This document shows, in pieces, positions 53,080 to 64,000 of a stretch of 64,000 nt of DNA. The stretch lies in NCBI RefSeq assembly GCF_009914755.1, contig NC_060937.1. The stretch is one strand, 5' to 3'. The stretch comes from the human T2T-CHM13v2.0 reference genome, Homo sapiens. The notes below the pieces were generated by a model that had not been told where the DNA came from, did no database searches, and was given only the letters and a program-made list of their open reading frames with translations. Positions within the stretch are counted from its first letter, which is position 1. Every line of letters starts with the position of its first letter. The position numbers were made by a program, and so were the translations under genes.

Positions 53080-55582
53080 GTTTATTTTTTTAATGACCAA
53101 TAATAATTTTATACATTTATGGGGTACAATGTGATGTTTCAATATATGTATATATTATGGAATGATTAGGCCAAGCTAATTAGCATATCCATTACCTCCC
53201 CTACTTATTATCATTACTTTTTGTGGTGAGAACATTTAAAATCTATCTTTCAGCTATTTTGAAATACGCAATACATTATTAATTATGGTCACCCCTCTGT
53301 GTTATACACAGCATATGTTATATAATTATCTACCTCCTGTATAACTGAAACTTTGTATCTTTTGACCAATGTCTCCCCTTTTCCCTATTAGCTCCCAACC
53401 TGCACCTACCCTGGGCCTGTGGTAACCACCATTCTACTCTCCCATGATGTTGACTTCCAGGTTTTACATATGGGTGAAATCATACAGCATTTGTCTTTTT
53501 GTACCGGGCTAATTTCACTTAACATAATATCCTCTAGGTTCATTCATGTTTTCTCAAATGACATTTTTTTTAAAAAAGACTAGTATTTCTTTGTTATATA
53601 TATTCACATTTCCTTTATGCATTCATTTATTGATGGACACTTAGGTTGCTTCCACATTTTGGCTATTTGAGGTCTTTTGTGGCTCCATACAAATTTTGGA
53701 ATCTTTTTTTTTTTCATTTCTGTAAAAATGGCATTGAAATTTTGGTGAGGATTGCACTGAATCTGTAGATTGCTTTGGGTAGTATGGACATTTTAACATC
53801 ACCAATTTAAGATGGGAGATTTGGGACATTTGAATCTCCCAAAACATAAGCAAGGGATATCTTTGCATTATTTTGTGTTTTCTTCAAATTTTTCATTAAT
53901 ATTTTCTAGTTTTCAGCGTATAGATTTTTCAACTCCTTGGTTAAATTTACTCCTAAGTATTTTTTAATGCTATTGTTAATGGGATTTTTTTTAAATTTAT
54001 TTTTTGGATAGTTCATTGTTAGTGTATAGAATGCTGCTGACTTTTGTATGTTGATTTGATGTTCTGCAATTTAACTTAATTTGTTAATCCTAAAAGTGTT
54101 TTTTTCTTTTTTTTTTTGGGGGGGATTTGTCAGGGTTTTGTATATACAGACAGTCCCCGACATATGATGGTTTGACTTAGTTTTTCAACTTTATGATGGT
54201 ATGAAAGCTATACACATTTAGTGGAAACTGTACTTCTCTCATGATGCTGGGCAGAAGCAGTGAGACACAGCTCTCAGCCATGCATTTTCGACTTATGATA
54301 TTTTCTTGGGTCATAACCCTATTCTAAGTCAAGGACCATCTGTATAAGATCATCATGTTGTCTGTAAACAGAGACATTTAACTCTTCCTTTCTAATTTGG
54401 ATGCCTTCTAATTCTTTCTCTTGCCTAATTGCTCTGGTGAAGACTTACAGTACTATGTTAAATAGAAATGACATAGTGGGCATCCTTGTCTTGTTCCGAA
54501 TCTTAGAGGAAAAGTTTTCAAATTTCCACTGTTGAGTACGATGTTAGCTACAGACTTATCATATGTGGCTTTTATTGTATTGAGGCACATTCCTTCCATA
54601 GCTAATTTGTTAAGAGTGCTTTTTCTTTTTTTATCATGAAAGGATGTTGAATTTTGTTAAATGATTCTTATGCATCTATTGAGAGGTTTATGTGGTTTTT
54701 GTTTTTCATTTTGTTTATATGGTGTATCACATTTATTAATTTGCATATGTTGAATCATCCTCGCATTCCAGGGATAAATCCCACTTGACCATGGTGAATA
54801 TCCTTGTAATATGCTGTTGAATTTGATTTGCTAGTATTTTGTTGAGAATTTTGCATCTATTTTCATCAGGGATATTGACCTGCAGTTTTCTTTGCTTGTG
54901 GTGTCTTTACCTGGTTTTGGTATCAGGGTAATGCTGGCTTTATAAATGAATTAGAAAGTTTTCCGCAGAGTTTGAGAAATATTGGCATTAATTCTTTTAA
55001 AAATGTTTGGTATAATTCAGCAGTGAAGCCTTGAGGTCCTGAACTTTTCTTTGATGAGAGACTGTTACCGAACCAATCTCCTTACTTGTTTATTGAACTG
55101 TTCAAATTTTCTATTTATGATTCAGTTATGGTAGGTTGTATGTTTCTATACATTTTTTCATTTCTTCTAGGTTATCCAATTTGTTGGTATATAATTGTTC
55201 ATAATAGTCTCTTATGATCTTTTATATTTCTATGGTATCAGTTAATGTCTCTTTTTTATTCCTAATTTTGTTTGAGTTTTTTCTTTTTTATTGTTAGTCT
55301 GGCTAAAGTTTTGTCAGTTTTGTTTATCTTTTCAAAAAAAAACTTTAGTTTTATTGATGCCTTCAATCTTTTTCTAGTGTCTATTTATTTCTGCTCTGAT
55401 CTTTATTATTTCCTTTCTTCAGCTACTTCTAGGCTTAGTTCTTTCTAGTTATTTAAGGCATAATGCTAGGTTGTTTATTTGAAATTTTTTTTAATGTAGG
55501 CATTGATTGTTATAAACTTCTTAAAACTACTTTTGTTGCATCCCATACATTTTGGTATGTTGTATGTCTATTTTCATTTGCA
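53080..55582 (-). mobile_element. L1MA (3' end plus ORF2 part) with internal deletion
   Basis: TACATTTATGGGGTACAATGTGATGTTTC 3' end; ORF2 motif GGGCATCCTTGTCTTGTTCC; approximate TSD AGACTAT..CAATAATT. Confidence 0.88.
54147..54342 (-). mobile_element. MER47/Tigger5-like DNA transposon inside L1MA
   Basis: TA-CAGACAGTCCCCGAC...AAGTCAAGGACCATCTG-TA terminal inverted repeats. Confidence 0.8.
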
Positions 55583-55723
55583 GAGACTATATCAATAATT
55601 CTGGTGCAAGTTTATGAGGGCCCAAATTAAGGCAGTAGTAATAGAGATAGTGAGAAAAAGAAAAAATTGAAAAATATTTAGATGCCAAAACAGACATAAA
55701 AATGATCATATGTAAGAGATGAG

Positions 55724-56105
55724 TGTATTAGTCTGTTCTCGCACTGCTCTAAAGAAATAAATGAGGCTAGGTAATTTACAAAGAAGAGGTTTAATTGATT
55801 CATGGTTCCATGGGTTGTACAGGTAACACGGCTGGGGAGGCCTCCGGAAACTTTCAATCATGGTGGAAGGTGAAGGGGAAGCAGCCATGTCTTACATGAC
55901 TGGAGTAGGAGAAAAAGAGAGATGGAGGAGATGCCACACACTTTCAAACATCCAGAGCTTGTCAGAACTTACTCACTATCATGAGAACAGCAAAGGAGAA
56001 GTTCGCCCCCATGATCCACTCAGCTCCAACCAGGCCCCACCTCCAGCATTGGGGATTGTAATTTGACATGAGATCTGGGTAGAGACATAAATCCAAACCA
56101 TCTCA
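55724..56105 (-). mobile_element. MSTA/THE1D-like MaLR solo LTR
   Basis: TGTATTAGTCTGTTCTCGCACTGCT...ACTCACTATCATGAGAACAGCA...ATCCAAACCATCTCA; TSD ATGAG/GTGAG. Confidence 0.9.
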
Positions 56106-57189
56106 GTGAGAGAGAGTGGAAAATGAGAATTGCTTTCAGTGTTCAGCTTGAGAGATCTATTAGAGTAGATTTACTGCTGCAACAATAACTTCATAATCTT
56201 AATGTGCTTAACCTAATAAAAGTTTATTTTTTCTCATGGGACAGCCCAATTTTGTAGTGGTGGATAGGGGTGTCCTTGCTGTATACAATCATTCAGGGTA
56301 CCAAACTTCTTCTATTTAGTGGCTCTGCCACAGGGCTTCGGACTCCGTTTCTGGGTCAGAGTCAGATGGTTAATAAAGAAAGCAAGCCTAGGGCATTGTA
56401 AGATGTTTTATAGAGTCCAGGCATGGAAATTGTTCATCTCACTTCTGCTGAAATTCCATTGGACAGAACGGAGTCATATGGCCATGCCTAATTGCAAAGA
56501 AGCCTAGAAAAGTTGGTCTCTCTGGGTGTCCAGGAGGAGAAGAAAATGAAGTTTGCTGAAGACATAAGCACAGACTGTCTTTCCAATGACTGAGTATATT
56601 TATCACTATTCCTCTCTCACTTAGAAGACATTTATCCTTTTTCCAGTGGAGACAGCTTAAAGTCCCATCCAGTCACTCATTCTGCTCAAAGTGCAGAATC
56701 TTCAGATGATTTACAGTGAGAGATGTGTCCCTTCCTAGTTTGGTGACTTACGGTCTATAATAACAAATTTTCTACCTCCCTCACACCCGCATACCATTGT
56801 GTGATAGAGACTGAATAAGCACAGATAAACACTCCCATTTAGAAAGAGACAGTGGGAAAACATGTAGTCACTGGTGTATAGCAATTCTGAAATCCACTAG
56901 ACAGACATTGTGAAAAGCCCTTTCCTTGGATGCAGGAGAAGTTCCTTGATTAGTTCTGGTTCTCTTCTCTGGGAGCAGCTTCTGGTCTATGATCCCGGGT
57001 TCTGCCCTCTGGGAGGTTGCCTATTGTATATTCCTTGACCACATTTGAAGCAGATGTTGGGGAGTTTGCCTTTCTTGAAGAAAGCATTGCTTCATAGCCC
57101 ATTCTTGCTTGAGGGATGTTTTAAGGCTCACTGAACACTCACATGCATTTTTTGACCAGGGTATTCATTTCTTTGTCAGAGCAACTTTT

Positions 57190-57190
<1 letters not shown>

Positions 57191-57221
<31 letters not shown>
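57191..57221. repeat. Pure poly(A) run (31 nt)
   Basis: Direct reading. Confidence 0.9.
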
Positions 57222-57222
<1 letters not shown>

Positions 57223-58249
57223 ATAGTAGCCTCCTGATTTTATTGTTTCCAGATAGTTCAATGTGCCAATAACCACATTCAAGTTTCTTTGCTAACTAAT
57301 TCTCAGATTTGCTTTTTTTCATTTTAAAATGATTTCTCATTTCCATGTTTTTCTTTCAGTATAACAGAGGCTACTTGTGTCTATATGCAATAATTATCAT
57401 GGAGAGGAGGTTAGGACACTTAATCAATTTTTGCCAAGGTTGAGATGTTTTGTTTAACTGAGAAGCTTTACATGACATTTTTTGCTTTCTTTCTCAATTT
57501 ATCTCTTATTATTAAAGGTCTAGTAACAGTAGCTTTTTCTAAACTTCTATACTCTCTTCCATTTCTATTAGTAAGCAAGCCAATTCTTTTTTAAACTCAT
57601 TGCTTTCTTATAATACCTTGCCTAAGCAAGCCCATAACAGGCAACACACAGCATTCTGATTCTTTCTGGCTACTTCTCCTAGATCTTGAGATTTTGTTGG
57701 CAAGTGGTCTGTCTTCTAAATTGTCATGGGCAACAGTTTTATTAAATATTTTCCTGTTGCATAACATGATTTGCCATCTTTGCAGAACCTATGGCAGCTA
57801 AAACCTATGACAGCTCTATCTTTACTGCTCGATTTCCAACTGCTAAGCCAATGCCATGTATTTTTGGTATTTATTATCATAGCTTCTCACTTCAAGATTC
57901 CAATTAATTAGGAAAGGCAGACGTTTATCATTATAATCTCCCAAACCTCAATGTCCCAATACAATAAAGTGTTTCTTCCTTATATGTCAGTCTAGTAATA
58001 GTCTGTCATGGGGAATGGTTCTATTCTAAACAGTCATTCAGGGACCTGGGCTCTTTCCTTTTAGTGCCTTGCCATATCTCAGTGCCTTGCTGTCTTCACT
58101 GGATTCTGTGCATGTGGCTGTCAGACAAAGGGAGGTAGAATATAAAGAATTAAGAACTGGGAGGGACAAATGTATTTTGTATCCACATTCTGCTATTGAT
58201 AGAGTCAGCTACATGGCTACACCTAACTGAAAAGTCTGGGCAATATTTT

Positions 58250-59748
<1,499 letters not shown>

Positions 59749-60619
59749 GGCAATATTTTCTATTTATGTTCAGGAAGTAAAAAAAATAGGGTTTACCACA
59801 ACTGCCTAGGTAGATGACTAGGATGTACAGTACTACTTACTTTGATTTAAAAAAAAATACTGGGAGCAGCAGATTTAGATGTATATGTTTAGGGAAGAAG
59901 GGTGTGTTCAGGATAGATGGTGTGATTTCAAACCTGTTGATTTTGAAGTGTCTCTGACTCATCCCATGGGCGAGTGCAGAAAATTACCATAAACATCAAC
60001 TTGGAGATCAGAGGGAAGGTATAGTTTTTAGCAATAGATTTGTTAGTAATTTACAAATAGGTGAATAACTTAACCACCCAATGCAATTTTACTATGTCTA
60101 TCGCTTCTCAACCTCAAACCATCTGTTACTCTTAGACTACTTCTTTTGCCCCCATTTTTTGTTCATTTCCCATTGTCTCTCCTTCTTTATTAGCATTTTT
60201 ACTTTTCCTATTTTTTGCTTTCTCCTTTTTCTTTACTCTCTTCACATTCTGCTAGTATTCCTCTTTATTTGAAGTATGTTAGTCTGTATCTTAACAAATA
60301 TAATTTTAAAACAATAGAGAATTTAAGTTTTAAATTAAGAAATATGCCATTAAAGATAAATGCATACCTTTTAGAGTGGGTATTTAATAATAACCTAGAA
60401 AAGCCATAGGCATTGATTATTACCATGTGTATTTATACTTAAGTTGGCAAAACATTTTCTGGAAGAAGCTGGGTAGCAACTCTGGATTTCATTTTTCTAA
60501 ATATCATACTGATATTTTTCCAAGTTGGTGTCCAATATAGTTAATCTCTAGAGCTTTTTGGAGTTTGCTTTAACTGTGGCAGATGTTTGTATATTCTCCT
60601 TTCTCTCTTGTTGCAACAG

Positions 60620-60733
60620 ACACACAAGGAAGATAAACTTTGTATTTGATTTCATCTACTTAATAAGCAGTTACAAAAGCTATCCTCATCAGACTTATTA
60701 TTATGGTCTTTAGCAATGACTTAAATACTTTTG
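60620..60733 (+). other. Candidate exon (114 bp), stops in all frames
   Basis: Acceptor TTCTCCTTTCTCTCTTGTTGCAACAG, donor TTG|GTAAGC. Confidence 0.4.
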
Positions 60734-61111
60734 GTAAGCCGTATGTAGCTAATGAACTACTGGTTCTATGAAAGAAACAAAAAAGATAATTAGCATAGAA
60801 AAAAGACAGTGATATTAAAGGTGCCATTGGTAATGTCATGGAGTTGTACCTAAAGGAACTATGCCGTGAACTTCTAATCAACATCGTGGAGTTCATACTA
60901 ATAGGAAAGTACTGGTTAGAAATGAGAAAGAATTTATCAGTCAGAAATGTCACAAATTAAGTCGAAATGAGTAATCTGTATGTGTGTTACTTCACTGTGA
61001 AGAATCTGGGATGGCAGCACTAAAAACAGTCTGGTCTGGAAGTATTGTAGCGGTATCTTCACATAAAAATTGTTTGGGGGTGCTCTTTTTTTCTTTCCTA
61101 CCTTATTTTAG

Positions 61112-61142
61112 GGCTATGTGGTATCCTTTTGAAGAGTCGAAG
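61112..61142 (+). other. Candidate micro-exon (31 bp, AMWYPFEESK)
   Basis: Acceptor CTCTTTTTTTCTTTCCTACCTTATTTTAG and consensus donor AAG|GTGAGT. Confidence 0.5.
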
Positions 61143-61299
61143 GTGAGTTCCTTTCTGGGTGTGACTTCTAAGTCTGACCTGGTGAACAACAGAAGGGCTT
61201 TCTTCACTCCGTTGCTTTTCTGAAGCAACACTGACAAGAAAACAAGTTCAAATTTGTTTCATTTAAAAAAGTGTTAACAGTTACCGGAAATCTGTGTGA

Positions 61300-64000
61300 C
61301 TCCTACTTCCAGCAATATGAATGGAATACACATTCTAAAAAGTCTTCACACTGAGAAATATATGTGTCCTGAATAAGCAACAATAACAGCAAGACATGTA
61401 TTGCCCAGATCACGAAGAAAGAATAGGAGCCTCCCGTCTGTGGGTTACAAAAAAGGGAAAATAAAACATAGTAAGCATAACTTAATTAACTGAAATAAAA
61501 GTGGTAGGTAAAATAGAAAACTCAAACTGCCTTGGGAATAAATATCAAAGTCAGGAAGTTAAAGTTTGGAAATTAATGGCAATGAAAGAAAATGAGAGTG
61601 ACATGAAGTGGACCTGTAAGGAAACCAGCTGAACTTAATATGATTGAAGTGATGACAGATTTTCTTTTTTGATAATGACTGACTGGATAAATGTACCAAC
61701 TCATTAAGAGCAAAGGAGTAACAATAATACCATCAATGTTTTTAAGACTTCTTAATAAAAACTAGGGGAAGCTAGGACACAATGGAATAATAGATTCTAA
61801 GTGCTGAAAGAAAATACACCATCTAGAGTTCCATATTTAGTGAAAATATCTTGTAACAATAAAGGTAGAATGAAGACATTTTCAAAGAAACAAAACTTGA
61901 GGGTTTTTTTTCACCATAACATTTGTGCTGAAGAAAATAATAAAGGGTATTCTTCAAGGGGAAGAAGAATGATGAGAGATACAGAAAAGGGGTAAGGAGA
62001 AGTAAAAAGTTCAAACATATAGAAAAACGGAACTAAATATTTGATGTTTCAAATAATAAAAATACTATCTTATGAGATTTATAATATATGTAGAACTAAA
62101 ATACAAGATGAAAGAGCATGAAAGCCACAAGAAAGTGAATGCAACGAAAGAAGTATAAGGTTCTTCCATCAAAAAAGTACTAATTTATGTCTCTCATCAA
62201 TTTAGATGCAAACATACTTAACCAAATATTAGCAAATGAAGCCAACCAATTATAAAAAGAATTTTACTTTGTGACCAAGTGAGGTTTATTCCAGGTATGC
62301 AAGACTGGCTCAATATTTGGAAATAAATCAGTTTAACCCGTCAAATCAGCGAGCTAAACAAGAAAAATCATATGATCATAAAAATTGATGCAGAAAAAGC
62401 ATTGGCAAAATCCAATGCTCAGTCAAGAGAAAAACTTCTTACAAGTCAAGAATAGAGAGTAGATTACTCCAACTTGAAAAATAGCCTTTACAGAAACAAA
62501 CAAACAAACTTACAACTAATATTATTCTTAAGGATGAAAGATCGAATGCTTTCCCTCTTAGACTTGAAACAAGGCAAATATGTCTGTTCTCACCACTCTT
62601 ATTCAAAATAGGGCTGGAACTAGCCAAGAAAAAGAAAAGGCATAAGGATTGGAAAGAAAAAAGTGAAACTTTTTATTTATAATTTTATTTATAGGAAGTG
62701 CCAAGAAATTTATAAATATTCCTAGAAATAAGTGAATTCAGTAAGGTGTCAGTGTACAAGACCAACATACAAAAAAATCCATTTTATTCCTATACACTGT
62801 CAATGAACAGGCAGAAACTAAAAATAAATATAATACCATTTATAATCACTCTAAATGAAATGCTTAGGTATTCACTTAATGAAACAAGGAGTGTATATAT
62901 GCTGGAAGTTATAAAATTCCGATGAAGAAGCTGAAAGAAGATCTAAATAAACAAAAAGTCCTATCTTGTCCATTGATTAGAAGATTTAATATAGTAAGTA
63001 TATCAATTCTTCTCATATCTATCAGTTTAGTTTGGTTCCTGCCAATGCTCCATCAAAAGTTTTGTGTAGACACAGACAAGGCTACATAAAATTTATGTGG
63101 AAAGGAACAGACCCTAGAATAGCTAAAGCAATCTTTACAAATAATAAAAAGTTGGGGGAAATTACTCTATCCAATATTAAGTCTTACTATATGGCTACAG
63201 TAGTCAAGACAGTGCAATATTGGTAGAAGGGTAGACATACAGCTCAATGGAACAGAATAGGAAACCTAGGAACAAAGTCACACAAATATGTACCATTAAT
63301 TTTTAGGACAAAAAAAAAACAAGAAGTAGAAGAAAGATAGGCTTTAAAAATGACAAAATTTTGGAAATAAAGAGCAGATTAATATTTGCCAGGGATTAAG
63401 AACGGGGGTGGGAGCAACATGGAGAATTTTTGTGGCATTGGAACAGTTCCGTATTTTTATTGTGATGATGAATATATGAGCCTACACAGGTGATAAAATT
63501 ATATAGAATTTAATATATGGATGCAAATGAGCACAAGTTAACTGGGGACATCTAAATAAGATCAGCAGATTATATCAGTGTCAATATTTTGATTGTGACA
63601 TTATACTATAGTTTAGCAATATGTTATCTTTTTTAAAAATGGGGCAAAGAATACAAGGATTTCTCCATATTATTTCTTACAATTATTTCAACTGCATGTG
63701 AATATATGATTATTTCAATAAATATCTGATTTTTAAAAAAATCAACCCAAAAAACAGAAAGAGTAGGAAAAAAAACATAAGTACAGGTCAAATAAAAACG
63801 TATTATGTTTAGACAAAATACCAAAAACAATAGTGATTATGTCAAATGTAAATGGAGAAAGTAATAGACAAAGATTGTAAAATTGAAAAATCTGTGGCTT
63901 AAAGAGGACACACTTTAAATATAAGAACATAGAAAGTTTGAAAGTGAAAATATAATATATAATTAAAAGGATAATATATGCAAAAAGACTAGTACGAGTA
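61300..64000 (+). mobile_element. Old L1 fragments: L1ME-type 5'/ORF1, nested L1MC/MD ORF2 and 3' end (about 62195-63735), then ORF2 start
   Basis: GTGCTGAAAGAAAA...GAAGACATTTTCA (ORF1); GATGCAGAAAAAGCATT (RT); frame LSNIKSYYMATVVKTVQYW; AATGTAAATGG (EN start). Confidence 0.8.

Overview
AT-rich, CpG-poor primate (human-like) genomic DNA, roughly half made of interspersed repeats: AluJ/S/Y, L1PA/PB/MA/MB/MC/ME, L2, MIR, MaLR LTRs (MLT1, MST), one ERV-type solo LTR and DNA-transposon relics (MADE1, MER5, MER44, MER47, MER58, Charlie4). I found no intact protein-coding gene, rRNA, tRNA, CRISPR array or CpG island, and the supplied ORFs are repeat-derived or unassignable. Main observations: (1) A chain of splice-site-bounded, exon-sized segments on the + strand (about 19.9-61.1 kb). 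Their translations resemble, in the correct order, the end of a PTEN/tensin/auxilin-type phosphatase domain and a tensin-type C2 domain, but carry frameshifts and stops. This is a candidate decayed (unitary) pseudogene, matched by eye only and needing a profile search. (2) One TSD-flanked insertion made of a full Alu, its unique 3' flank and an L1PA 3' end, whose donor Alu/flank lies only about 3 kb away in this window. (3) An Alu with a twin-priming-type 5' inversion, a left-left Alu dimer, an MST LTR nested in an AluJ, and a MADE1 hairpin with four compensatory pairs. (4) A near-consensus CTCF site beside an AP-1 site. Repeat subfamily names are from recalled consensus sequences, and boundaries of old repeats are approximate.
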